64,000 nucleotides of DNA from Azolla caroliniana. Its lineage: Eukaryota > Plantae > Polypodiophyta. The notes under the pieces are model-generated. The model ran no database searches, had not been told where the DNA came from, and saw only the letters and a program-made list of their open reading frames with translations. A program made the position numbers and the translations under genes. The stretch is from contig JBHGNT010000017.1 of NCBI GenBank assembly GCA_043228905.1, positions 9,300,001 to 9,364,000 of the forward strand. Direction: 5' to 3'. This document shows, one piece after another, positions 37,461-50,900 of the stretch; positions within the stretch are counted from its first letter, which is position 1, and each line of letters begins with the position of its first letter.

Positions 37461-38230
37461 TGTCACGTCTAACCCGGCCCAAAGTTGCTAACCTGACTGA
37501 CTTTTTTCTAACCCAATTAATGTAGCGCAAGGTTGTAACCTGACTACCTTGCATCTAACCCAATTGAAATTTCTTAGTGTGAAACTGTTTTTAGAATTCA
37601 AGCCATTGGACACTAAAAGAATATAAGGTATGGAGATTCACATTTGGAGGACAAGGACATGAACTAACATCTCGTGGATAAGTCCAAATAAAAGCAATAA
37701 AGATGGAGAAAAGTTAAAAAGAGAAAAAGCAGACCACCAAAACGCAGTCAGAAACAAATGCTCATAACTCTCTCGTTTGACACCCAAATATCACGTGTAA
37801 ATATGGGTTAGAAAGCTTATGATGAGAGCTATCCATAGCGTTTTAAAACTCTAAATTTGGAGCATGGATGAGGGAGATATGACGATTAGAAGATCATTGT
37901 GTCATAGCTAAGAATAGGAGATGGAAAAGCTCTAAAAAAAGCGTGGAAAAGAAAGCAAGCGAAACTTATCTACTAGAGGAGAACTTCATATAAAGCAAGA
38001 AGAGTGAGGTGGTGAGGAGAGCTTTTTTCTTGTGGTGTTTTTCTTGCCTATTCATGTAGTGCGTTTTTCTAGTGATCAATTCATCCTTGTAGGCTTGAGT
38101 TTATGTATCTTCTTTCTCTTGTTTCTATGATCATCACTCCTTATTAATATATCTTTGTAGATTTGGGTTTCTATATCTTCCTTCTCTCTCTTTTCTATCA
38201 TCATATCTCTTTTCACTTAGGAGACTAGAA
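37461..38230. mobile_element. Probable decayed LTR remnant
   Basis: Starts TGTCACG and has LTR-like composition (TATAAA, then T-rich tail). No partner LTR or TSD seen. Confidence 0.35.
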
Positions 38231-38239
38231 ATTGCAAAG

Positions 38240-38752
38240 ATTTGGACGGAGACACAGCGCATAGAGTATGGACCGGCAAAGATGTGTCTTACCGGCACTT
38301 GAAGGTGTTCGGTTGTCTTGCCTATGTACATGTAGCAAGGACCAAGAGAGAAAAATTGGATCCAAAGTCCCAGCCATGCATATTCCTTGGGTACAGCGAT
38401 GATGAGTTCGACTACTAAGTGTAGGACTTGGTCGACAAGAAGGTCTTCCGGAGTCGAGACATAGTCTTCATGGAAGACAAAACCATTGCCAACAAGGAGT
38501 CGGAGAAGCAAATAGTGGACTCCAGGTCGACCGACAGAAATCGGTTGGAAGATGCTATGACACATCCTGTTGGAAGCCGGATGTCAACCGAAGACCATGA
38601 TGAATTAGACAGATTCGAATAAAGAACCAAATTAACCAAAGAAGAAGAATCGGACACCGGAACCAAACAAGACCCCGAATCAGATTCAGATGAAGAACAT
38701 ATGGAGGAGTTGGTCGTCGAAGACCAAGGATGAAGATACCCTCTAAGAGAGA
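38240..38752 (+). pseudogene. Copia pol fragment (post-integrase SH3 region)
   Basis: HLKVFGCLAYVHV..KLDPKSQPCIFLGYS..VFRSRDIVFMED, with stops. Confidence 0.85.
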
Positions 38753-40535
38753 TGTTGAGCGAGCAAGCTCAACCAGATCCGGATCGGTATCCGAATGGTA
38801 TCCGGAAACAATCGGCCAGATCGGGGAGACAGATTGAAGAGCCGGATTCGAGTGCAAACCGGAAGCCTAATAGTAGCCTAGACTACTGGGTAATCATTGT
38901 CTCATAGTTAGTGTCAGTCGCTCGTGTGAGCATTGAAGTACATAGTACTTTTGCCAGTCCTTTTGAGGACTTGTATAAATAGTGATGTTTAGCACATTGT
39001 ATGTACAAAGTCTACAGAGTGTTTTTATTTTTTTGAATCTACGTTTACATTATGCTCTCTCTGTCTCTCCCATGTATACTCTCTGTGTATTAAGCTTCTC
39101 CATTAAACCTTCATCTTATTCTCTGTTGATATCCGGCTGAGCCGGTTCTGTCTAACGCTTCCGCACGTTAACATTCACATGGTATCAGAGCGTGAGGGTT
39201 GAGAACCTCTACAACTGACACTTGCTTTTGTAGACGAACCCTAGAACCTGGTAACAACAGACAAAAAGAAGATATGCACAGAGGAATGGCAAGTTCACTT
39301 CCAACAGAGAAGCTTGATCGGAGCAACTACGCGTCCTGGTCATATAAGATGCACCAGTACCTGGTGGGGCATGGACATTGGAGCTTCGTGGAAGGAAGAA
39401 ACGAGGTAGCGTCGGAGCCGGCACACGAGGACTTCCCGGTATGGGAGCAAGGAGTCAGCTGAGTATTTTACTGCCTCACGTCTTGTGTGCATGACCAGAT
39501 GCTCGGCTACAGAAAGGATGCAAAAACGCCGAAGGAGGCCTAGGGAAATCTGAGGAAGATTTTCGCCACGAGTACCACAACCCGTAAGTTGCAGCTCCGG
39601 CAAGAGCTGAACAATATCCGGCAAAGAGATATGTCGGTTATGGATTACACCACCAAGATAAGGGAGATTTGTGATGCACTCGGGTTCATCAACGTGACGG
39701 TGGATGAAGACGAGATGGTACAAATCTGTCTTGGTGGTCTAGCGCAAAGGTATGGGCCAATCCGGACAACGATCTGCACCCGAGAGAAGCCATCGTCCTT
39801 CTTCAACTTACAATCAATGTTGATGGTTGAAGAAAACCACGCGACCAGGTCGAGGACCACTTAATCGGACAACCGGATGTTGTACACAAAGTCAGATCGG
39901 CCCCGTGGACGTGGAGGACAAGGTGGGTCGGCACGCAATGGAGGCGGCCCGCAAGAGTAGAACCGAAGGCACAGAGGTAGTGCCGACAGTAGTTTTGGAC
40001 CCTCCACAAGCAGGGGGAGTCAAAGCGGCGCTGGAAGCCGGCAAGGAAAAGCCGACACGGAATGTTGGTACTATGGAAAAAAGGACCACAAGGAAAGCGT
40101 GTGCTAGAGGAAGCGCGTCAATTCAGAAAACTCCAGATCCGGCAAAACCAACAAAGCTTGCACTACGTAGAAGGATCGGAAGGATCCAAAATCGGGAAGA
40201 CCGGGAAAGGGCCAACCTTTGTGATGAGACAGAAGGCAGACCCGATGAAAAAGACTACTTCCAAATCAGAAGAAATATGGTACGTTGTTTCCGGAGCATC
40301 CAACCACATGACGAGTCATGAAGAGTGGTTCTCGATTTTGGAGAAACCGAAACAACCGGGGATTGTCGAAACCGGAGACGACACCCCACACCCGATTGTG
40401 CATGTCGGAGAAGTCCCTTTGAGCTATGTCGGATAGAGGGGGAAGTTGATGAATGTATTACATGTTCCAACTATCACAAAGAACCTGGTATCGGTTGGAC
40501 AAATCATCGACCATGGAATGTAGGTGCAGTTTACG

Positions 40536-43500
40536 TGTTGAGAAGCAAGCTCAACATGGTATGTGATGCTTATGAGAAATAAGCTATAGTAGCTATTTAG
40601 CTACTAGTGAACAAAAAGGTAAAACAACTATTTAGCTAGTGACAGCTAATTAGCTAGTGAACAGCTATTTAGCGACTGACAGCTAATTAGCTACTGGCAG
40701 CTAATTAGCTGCATGTGTAATAACTTATGACTTAGGTAAAAATAAGTGTGAGTGAATAGTAAGTAGTAGTAAGAAAAAACAGAGAACAGTGAGTAGAGAA
40801 CTCTGAGAGAGTGAGAGACCAGAAGACTGACGAGAGCAAGTTGAGCTCTACATGTAATAGAAGAAAACCATTTTGCTACTACAGAGGTAAGTCCCCTTTC
40901 CTTTCTCTGTCTGTTTAGAGCACGCTAACGATCCAGCACACTACGATCCGCCGCGCATACAAAAGAAGAGCCCGAGTGCCTTCTTCACGTTTTCTTAACA
41001 TGGTATCAGAGCAGAGTTGCTCATAAAGAAGAGTACAAAAGTGCATAGATCTGAGAAAGGTATTTCTCTGTTTGCTGATCTGAATCAGAAAGTTACTTGT
41101 TGAAGTAATTGTAACAGAAAACCTAGTTTGGAAGAGATAATGGCTGCAGAGAATGCGGGCCAAATAGTTACAGAGAAACTAGATAAAAACAATTTCCCGG
41201 CGTGGAAATTTAGAATGACAAATTTCCTAATGGGGAAAGGATACTGGGATTACATTGAAGGAGACCTAGAAGAGGCTCCAGAGATCCCAAAAGAAAATGC
41301 CACAGCAGCACAGATTAAAGCGTTCAAAAATTGGAATCAAGGGGCAAGGAAGGTAATGCATTGGCTCTCACTTAGCATCTCAGATTCGATGCTTGGGCAC
41401 ATACAGGATGCTATGCTCCCAAAAGAAGCTTGGGACAGTTTGGTAAAACTGTTTGCAGTAAACACAAAAGCTAGAAAGCTACAGTTGAAGACTGAGCTAA
41501 ATACCTTAGAAAAAGGTAAGATGTCAATAAATGAGTATGCCCTAAAAATCAAGAGTATATGTGAATCACTTGCTTCTATCAATGTGAAGATAGAAGATGA
41601 TGACAAAGTGGAAATATGCTTAAGAGGCTTAGGACCTCAATACAAGAGTTTTAAAACTTCTATGCTCACAAGGGATAGTACCCCAAGTTTTTCAGATCTG
41701 GTCTCAATGCTTGTGGTAGAGGAAAGGAATCAAATGGATGATGCAAATAAAGGAAACTCAGAGAACGAGGGGCAAGCCCTCTATAATAATGCCGGAAGAG
41801 GCCAAGGAAGAGGCCATGGAAGATTTGGCTCAGGAAGAACCAATAATAATGGCTTTCAAGGAAGAGGACAACAAGCTCATAGAGGAGGAAACAACAACAG
41901 AGGCAGGGGGAGCAACCGAGGTAGAGGTAAGCAAACTTATGTAAATGATGATGGCTGCTGGTATTGTGGTAAACCAGGCCATACACAGGCTGAATGTTAC
42001 AAGAAACAAAATGATGAGAAAAGAGGAAAAGGACAACAGAGTAACTATGCCTCTACTAGTGAAGATTGTGAAAAGGAAGGTGTTCTTGTAGTGCAACATG
42101 AGATAGCAGCAGTGGCTGAAAGCTCATAGAAATGTAATGAAGAGTTCACGTGGTATGTAGACTCGGGGGCATCTAACCATATGACTAGACATGCAAATTG
42201 GTTTGAGAGTTTAAGAGAACCAGAGGTTCCTGGTTATGTACAAACAGGTGATGACACAACTCACCAAATAAAACATGTTGGAGATATCCCATTGTGGGAA
42301 GAAAGAGGAAAAACCAAGTATATGTTGAATGTGATGCATGTTCCAAACCTTGCTAAGAATCTGATTTCTGTTGGACAGATTGTAGAGCAAGGTATGCAAG
42401 TGAAGTTTAAGCAAAGTGGATGCTATATAGAAAAGAATGGAAAGCTCATTGCAAAAGGGAAGAGACAAGGAAGAATGTTTATCTTGGATGTAGAAATGCC
42501 CAAACAGATTTCAGCCATGTTTGCAAATGGAACGAGTGTAATCTCAGATGTGGAAATGTGGCATAAAAGGATTGGCCATATAAGTATGCAAACATTAAAG
42601 AATATGTTGAGAAAAGATGCAGTGGCTGGACTGCCAAACTTGAAAAAGTGTGAAATGGGAAAAGTATGTGAAGCATGTCAATATGGTAAGCAAAACAGGT
42701 TGCCATTCCCTCATGAGAGACATGTAAGCAAAAATCTGTTGGATTTGGTACATACAGATGTATGGGGACCAACAAAGAATGCATCTATTGGTGGATGCAG
42801 ATTTTATGTTACATTTATTGATGATTGTTCACGGAAGACATGGGTGTACTTCATGAAGGAGAAAAGTGAAGTATTTGACTGTTTTCGTAAGTTTAAATGC
42901 ATGGTAGAAAAGCAGGCTGGTACAAGGATAAAATGTTTGAGATCTGATGGAGGAGGAGAGTATTTCTCCAATGAATTTTCTGATTTTTTGTGTAATCAGG
43001 GAATAAGAAGACAGTTCACATGCCGATATACTCCACAGCAAAATGGAGTTGCTGAGAGGAAAAACAGAACTTTGGTGAACATAGCAAGGGCAATGATGAC
43101 TGAGAAGAACATGCCATTATACTATTGGGCAGAAGCTGTAAATACAGCAAATTACATTTTAAATAGATGTATTACATCAGGAGTACATGAGGCAACTCCT
43201 GAAGAGTGTTTTTATGGCAGGAAGCCTAGCTTACAACACTTGAAAGTGTTTGGATGCCTTGCATATGTACATGTGCCTGCAGAAGTAAGAAGTAAGTTGG
43301 ATCCAAAAGCAGAAAAATGTATCTTTGTTGGATATTCAGAAGAACAAAAAGGGTACAGATGTTATAACCCTGTGACTAAAAAGATTGTGACAAGTCGAGA
43401 TGTGATATTTGATGAGTTGGCTAGTTGGTACAGCCCAAAACAGAATCTAGAGACTGATGAAGACTATCAAGATGAAGACAAAGACAGATCAGAAAATGTA

Positions 43501-45969
43501 GAAGACTGTCACAGAGATGGAGACAAGGTTGGACAGCAAAGTCCAACATCAACAGAATGTTCTGGACCATCAAAAAGCTCAGATGGTAAATCTGATTCAA
43601 ATTCATGGAGTGGAAAAACTGGACAGAAAAAATCTGATGACAAAAAAGGAAAACAGAAAATGCCAGAGTATGAAATCCCGGATGACCTATCAAAAAACAT
43701 GGAAGATGAAGATTCAGATATGTCTTTGGATGATTTCCTTGGAATACAGGAAATGAAAATCCCTGGTATGGAAAAGGCAATAAAGAATGCAAATCAGAAA
43801 CTGAGAAGATCAGATAGAGAGAAAAAGACTGTGGAAAGATTTGGGTATGATACATATATGGCTATGCACTATGCATATATGTCTAAGGTGGTACAGATCC
43901 CTGACCCAAACAACTTTGAAGAAGCAAAATCTGAGAAGAAATGGATGGATGCAATGCAAGAAGAGATTGATGCATTGGCTGAGAACAAAACGTGGGATTT
44001 AGTGAAGTTACCAAAACAGAAAAATGTGGTAGGCTGCAAATGGGTCTACAAGACAAAGCATGACTCCAATGGGAATGTAAGTAGACATAAAGCAAGATTG
44101 GTTGCAAAAGGATATGCTCAGATGCAAGGGATTGATTATGATGAGACTTTTGCACCGGTTGCAAAGATGGCAACCTTGAGAACACTACTTGCTGTAGGAG
44201 CAGCCAGAAAATGGATTTTGCATCACATGGATGTAAAAAATGCTTTTTTACATGGTAACTTGGAAGAAGAAGTGTATATGAGTCAACCACCAGGTTTTGA
44301 AGATAAGAAACATCCTGATTATGTATGTAAGCTGAAAAAAGCTCTCTATGGACTGAAACAGGCACCAAGAGCATGGCACAGAGAACTTTCAGATTCTCTG
44401 AAAAATCTTGGTTTCAAAATGTCAAAAGCTGATCCTTCTTTGTATGTAAAAAGTGAAAATGATTGCATTGTTATTATTCTGATTTATGTAGATGATTTGA
44501 TTATTGGAGGAGATTCCGTGGATGAAATAAGAAAGTTGAAAAAAAATCTGGAAATGCAGTTTCATATGAAAGATTTGGGAGATCTGAGATATTTTCTTGG
44601 TATTGAAATCATCAGATCTGAAAGTGGTATATGTATGTTGCAAAAACAGTATGCAACAACTATGTTGAAAAAGTATGGTATGCTTGGATGCAAACCTATT
44701 GCTGTACCACTTGATAAAAACTGCAAGTTGAGGGCTGATTTGGGAGCCAAGATAGAAGATGTAAACATGTACAGGTCTATGGTGGGCAACCTTATTTATT
44801 TGACTATAACAAGACCTGATTTGAGCTATGCTGTTGGATTAGTCAGCCAGTTTATGCAACAGCCAACAAAGCCGCATTTGGACTGCATCAGAAGGATTCT
44901 GAGGTATGTAAAAGCAACTCAGAACTTTGGACTATTTTACAGGGCTGATCTAGACATAAATCTGGAAGGATATACAGATGCTGATTGGGCTGGAAGCCAA
45001 ACAGACAGGAGATCCACAAGTGGATACATGTTTACCTTGGGAAGTGTAGGAATTTCATGGAGTAGCAAGAAACAGGCTACTGTTGCATTGTCCAGTACAG
45101 AAGTTGAGTATAGAGGGGCTGCAATAGCCACATGTGAAGAAGTATGGATCAGAAGACTGCTTGCTGATCTGGGAGTATATATAGATGGTGCTGTCACAAT
45201 CTGGTGTGACAATATGAGCAGCATTCAGCTTGCAAAGAACCCAGTGTTCCATGCAAGAACAAAGCACATTGAGGTGCATTATCACTTTGTTAGAGAAAAA
45301 GTGATGGAAGGTGAAGTTGATCTGGTGTATGTGAATACAAATCAGCAGGTTGCTGATATCCTTACGAAGGGATTGAGTGTGGAAAAGCATACACAGTTTC
45401 GGAACATGATGGGAGTTGTAGACATTGATATGATGGCTGAAAAGCATCATGAAAAAGAAGTTGTAGATAACCCCAAGAAAGGATAAGTTGAGCTTGAGGG
45501 GGAGTGTTGAGAAGCAAGCTCAACATGGTATGTGATGCTTATGAGAAATAAGCTATAGTAGCTATTTAGCTACTAGTGAACAAAAAGGTAAAACAACTAT
45601 TTAGCTAGTGACAGCTAATTAGCTAGTGAACAACTATTTAGCGACTGACAACTAATTAGCTACTGGCAGCTAATTAGCTGCATGTGTAATAACTTATGAC
45701 TTAGGTAAAAATAAGTGTGAGTGAATAGTAAGTAGTAGTAAGAAAAAACAGAGAACAGTGAGTAGAGAACTCTGAGAGAGTGAGAGACCAGAAGACTGAC
45801 GAGAGCAAGTTGAGCTCTACATGTAATAGAAGAAAACCATTTTGCTACTACAGAGGTAAGTCCCCTTTCCTTTCTCTGTCTGTTTAGAGCACGCTAACGA
45901 TCCAGCACACTACGATCCGCCGCGCATACAAAAGAAGAGCCCGAGTGCCTTCTTCACGTTTCCTTAACA
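40536..45969 (+). mobile_element. Young, near-intact Ty1/Copia element B
   Basis: 465-bp LTRs at 40536-41000 and 45505-45969 (3 mismatches by eye). TSD TTACG. PBS-Met 41001-41012. PPT GAGGGGGAG 45496-45504. Confidence 0.97.
41140..45486 (+). CDS. Copia gag-pol polyprotein with a single in-frame TAG after gag
   Basis: Gag with CWYCGKPGHTQAEC; TAG 42127-42129; WYVDSGASNHM protease; HTDVWGP/SDGGGEY/NGVAERKNR integrase; YVDD RT; DADWAG..RTKHI RNase H. Confidence 0.92.
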
Positions 45970-46518
45970 TTACGCACCTCGATGCTTCATCGAGGAAGAA
46001 GGCCGGATAATTGCGCAAGGGTGCAGAGAAGGGAGGATGTTCATCCTCAACACTAATGATGTCGGCACCGCCATGTTTTCTACAAGACAGAAGTTTGAAT
46101 CGGACATCGATCTCTGGCACAAGCGGATCGGCCACGTCAATTACCGGAGGCTTCAGGACCTGCAATCGAAACAGGTTGTGTTCGGTTTGCCGAAATTCAA
46201 TGGCCGGAAGGCCCAAGTTTGTGAAGCTTGCCAACTCGGGAAGCAACACCGGCTTCCATTCCCCACCGAACGAAACCGAAGGCATAACAAGCTTGATCTA
46301 ATACATTTGGATGTATGGGGACTAACACAGAACGTTAGTCTTGGCAGGAGTCAGTATTTCGTCTCCTTCATCGACGACTACAACCGGCACATGTGGATCT
46401 ACCTCATCGAGAGGAAGAGCGAAGTCTTCGAGTGTTTTCGGAACCTTCAAAGCTTGGTTGAACGGGAAACAGAGAGGAAGATCAAGTGCTTGCAGTCGGA
46501 TGGCGGAAAAGAATACTT

Positions 46519-47236
46519 TGTTAGGAGACAGATCCCTCCGGATGGGAAGTGAGAACTGGATGTGGAGTACCCGGCTACTGAAGACCCGGTTCTCACCGGA
46601 TGACAAGTACCCTGCTACGGAAGACCCGGTGAGAACCGGATGACGAGTACCCTGCTACGGAACCGGATGACGAGTACTCGGCAACGGAAGACCCAGTGAG
46701 AACCGGATGACAAGCACCCGGCAAGCGCTGGATGATGCAGGCCCGGTGAGGAGTGCTCACCGGATGAAGGGACATATTCGTAAATATGTTTCTGAGAGTC
46801 CATCGGGGCTATATTTGTAAATAGCCGAAAAGTCATATTAGTATAAATATGACTTAGGGAAAACTTAGTAGGATAAGTTGTCATTCTTGTTGGCGCAAGA
46901 CTAGAGAGCGCAAAACTGTGTATAGAGAGAGTAAGAGAGAGGAAGAGGTCGTTGCCTCTGTTGTAACCGCCGCTTGTGGCGAAGATCGTGAGCACGAGGT
47001 TGTTGCCTCCATGAGCTCACTGTTGTAATCATTGTGATATAGTGATAGTTTGCAGTCTGTGGGCTGCCGTGGTTTTTCCCTAGTTTGGGTTTTCCACGTT
47101 AACATCCTGTATTCTCTTTTCTTTCTTGTGTACTCTTCTCTCCATTGTGTCGTGCCTTCATTCCCGTTTTTTTGTGTTTTGATTCTAAGCTCGGTTGTGG
47201 CCGAACGTTGTTCATCGGGAGCGTGTGTTCCTGTCA
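46519..47236. mobile_element. Solo LTR (718 bp) with TSD TACTT
   Basis: TG...CA ends; TACTT at 46514-46518 and 47237-47241. Splits the integrase motif DGGKEY|FSDQF. Internal ACCGGATGAC repeats. Confidence 0.9.
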
Positions 47237-47999
47237 TACTTTTCCGACCAATTCAACAGTTATCTGCAGCAGAATGGAATTCGGAGAGAATTTAGCTGCT
47301 GATACACACCAGAACAAAATGGTGTGGCCGAGAGAAAGAACCGGTTGATTTTCGTCGCGGCAAGGGCAATGCTGGAGGAGAAGAGCATGCCCCAATTCTA
47401 CTAGGCTGAGGCAGTCCGGACGACCATCTACATCCAAAACCGGAGCGGTGACAAGGTGTCAGCACATGAGTTGTATTTCGTCGGAAACTATTGTCCATAG
47501 GCCAAAAATATAAATTAGTTAAATGTAATACGCCAGTAGGTAAGGCGAGTAGGTAAGGTAGAGTTAGGTGAACGCCGAGTTTCGAGCTTCACAGTCAGCC
47601 AAACGCTCGGCTTTGTATGAAGAAAAAGTATATAAACCGAGGTCTGCGTACCTCGGCAAGGGGGAGATATCTAGAGCCTAGGTGAGGTTGTTTCATAGAT
47701 AAGAGCTTTGTAAGGTCACCGGCTGAGAGCCGTGTTTTTTTTGTAATCATCGATAACTGTTTGCAGTAATACATATCTATTAGCTCTTGTTGTTTTCATT
47801 TGTGTGCCGTCGTTTCTAAGGTCTCGATTACGTATACGACCCGGGCTCTATTCCGGGTAGGCTCTCCATTTTCTTCCCCTAACGATGCCTCCGTGCACAA
47901 GTCTTCACGTTCACTTCCCTTGATACCGATAGTTTGTAGGCATATCGAAGGTGTTTCCAACAGAACGGTTAACACAATTTGGCACGCCCGGTTACAACT

Positions 48000-50900
48000 G
48001 TGAGATCACAACGAACTACGTGGAAGACAACCTTCAGCCGCCATTACGGCACCCAATCGCACCAAGCGATCTCGGCCATCTGGCCGATGCCTTGAGCCAG
48101 TCGAAGGCTCTTCCGACTCGGCGATCACGGACCAGTTTTTCCAAGAAATATCGGAGGCTCACTGGTTGCAATCCTCGCCACCTGCTACTTGGTCGCGAGT
48201 TGAGTCCACACCAACCTCTCCACCAAGCCCTCCAGAGATCACCCACCCTAACTCTAACCCTTTTCCGGTTTTACCAGAAGACCCTGAATTCGATACCATG
48301 CCATATCCTTACCCACGATACACCGACAGCCCCGACGCGGAGTAGCACATCCGTGCCTTCGTGTCCACCTGGCAGGCCAACCACTCAACACAGCGATTCT
48401 CGCCTGCCGAAATCGGGTCCTCAAAAATTGCCGAGTTTATGCTATCCCTCGATGGACCAGTTGTGCGATGGTATTCTGGCCTCGACTCAAGGGAGTTTGC
48501 CACCTTCCATGATGTTCGCACGCAGTTCCTAGAACTGTTCCATCGCGAGGTGCCCAAACAAGAATTGCTCTGACAGTTCTTTTCCATGCGACAAGAACCG
48601 CACGAGACGGTCGCACAATTCACGATCTGGTTCCGGAATCTCTACAGACAAGTGGACGATGATGTCTCTACACAACACATTCCGGACGCATTCCTGTCCA
48701 GCCTACGAGAGCCTCTACGGACGACTCTCGCACTTACTAATTTTGCCAACCAAACGATCGAGCAAGTCATAACGCACGTCCTCGCCCTCGATCGGACTCA
48801 GCAAAGCACGACTTTCGCTATGAGTTCACTGCAAAGCGCCCTTGCTCAGGAGGACAATTGCTTCCACCAAGCCCTCCAATGCACAGTTTGCTCGGGATCG
48901 GGCCATCTGGTCCTCGAATGTCCTCACTGGCCACAGCGTCCGATCTGCCAGTCCCGATCTCACACTGTTAAGCACTGTGAATACAATATTCTCAACCGCA
49001 CAACGACGACCCCGATTCGCCAGATCGAGCCCAGGGATACATACTCTCGTCAGGACGAGCAACAACCCTACCGGAACTAGGATAACCAACGACCCCGATC
49101 GCCGGATAGACGGCGCCGTAATGACGATTACCGTTAGGACGACGACCGTTACCACAACGACAACCGACGAAGATCGGACGACCACCGTGATCGCTATCAC
49201 GATGACCAGTATCGGGCAAACGACGATTATGATCGGAATGAAGATGATCAGGATGACCGATATGATCAGAGAAATTTCCGTAATGATTGGCGCAACTCTC
49301 ACCGAGGATTGCCAACACCCCTTCCACCGCGCCACCTGTGCACTTGACCGAGCCAGGAACGGGTCCACCCCTCATGGATGCGCAGAATCCAGCCATAAAA
49401 ATTATGATTAAAGAATCAATGGGAACCTTGCCCCTTTTGGCTTTGGATGGCCGACACACGATCGGTTCGCCCCATCGGATTAATCCGCCACCTCGACTTT
49501 ACTCTAGGTGGCCACATGTTCACTATCTCGGCCGTTGTATTACGACTCGAAGCACAGGGGGCTTACCCAATGTTACTGGGCAGACCATGGTTGCGCATAG
49601 CAAATATCAAACAACATTGGCAACGCAACATGATCTCGTTTCGCCGAGGAAAGACCAAGGTCCGGATCATAACCGAAGAACGCGTAACCACGCCCCACAA
49701 CACCTCGCCGTTATACGCGGAAGGGGTGCACATGCTCGACGGGTTAGCCAATGATGAGCTGGACGACTTCCTAGAAGACCACCCCACTATCATACCTCTC
49801 TTCGAAATCAACGCCATGACGGCCCTCGGCACACCTCTAGACAAGGAAGTCATAGTGAATACACCTCCCCAGGATGAGCCCGATCCCACCACCATTGCAG
49901 AATTACGACATGCTCGGGACGCTTTTGAACGTGAACTCGCCATCTCCCAACAAGTGAAGGCATCAATGCTCGAAACACTGAACCTCGGTTTGGACGAGAA
50001 CCCTCGCACCCTACAGATTGGTAATAACTTACCAGCCGGCGAACGAGCAACCCTCATACATTTACTCACCGATTACCAGGATGTATTTGCATGGTCTTAC
50101 ACGGATATGAAGGGTTTGGACCCACAATACTACCAACACCAGATCCATCTTCTCCCGGACGCTCGGCCGGTTCAGCAAAGACGATACCGAATGAACCCCA
50201 ATTATGCGGCTAAGGTCAAGGAAGAGATAGACAAGCTCCTCCGAGTCGAGTTCATACGACCTGTAAAACGCGCCACATGGTTAAACGCAATCGTAGTCGT
50301 CCCCAAGAAAAACGGGAAAATTCGAGTCTATGTTGACTACTGTAAGCTTAATACTGCAACGGTCACGAATGAATTCCCTCTTCCGTTCACGGATAGCGTT
50401 CTCGACACGGTGGCAGGTCACGAATGCTACAACTTTCTAGATGGGTTCAGTGGTTACAACCAAATCAGAATGCACTTGGACGATCAGGAGAAGACAACAT
50501 TTGTCACGAAATGGGGTGTTTTTGTGGCAAAAGTAATGATGTTCAGTTTAAAAACGGCGACAGCCACGTTCAAGCGCATCATCACCGAAATTTTTAACGA
50601 GTATATCCCGACGTTCATGCAAGTCTTTCTCGATGACTTCGCCGTATATGGTCAATGACTGGAACACATGACCCAGTTACGTCTCTGTCTTGATCAATGT
50701 CGCCAGGTTCGGTTAAGTTTAAACTCGGCAAAATGCGCGTTCTTGATCACAAGCGGCAACCTACTCGGGCATATCGTCAGTCAAGAAGGTATCACCATGG
50801 ACCCGAATAAAGTACAAGCCATCCTAAACGCCCCCGCACCCTCGAACGCAAAAGGCCTTAGCCGATTTCTGGGACAAATCCGATGGCACAACCGGATGAT

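Noticed and set aside
40915-41163. Short ORFs duplicated at 40915 and 45884
   Set aside because: Antisense readings of the twin LTRs.
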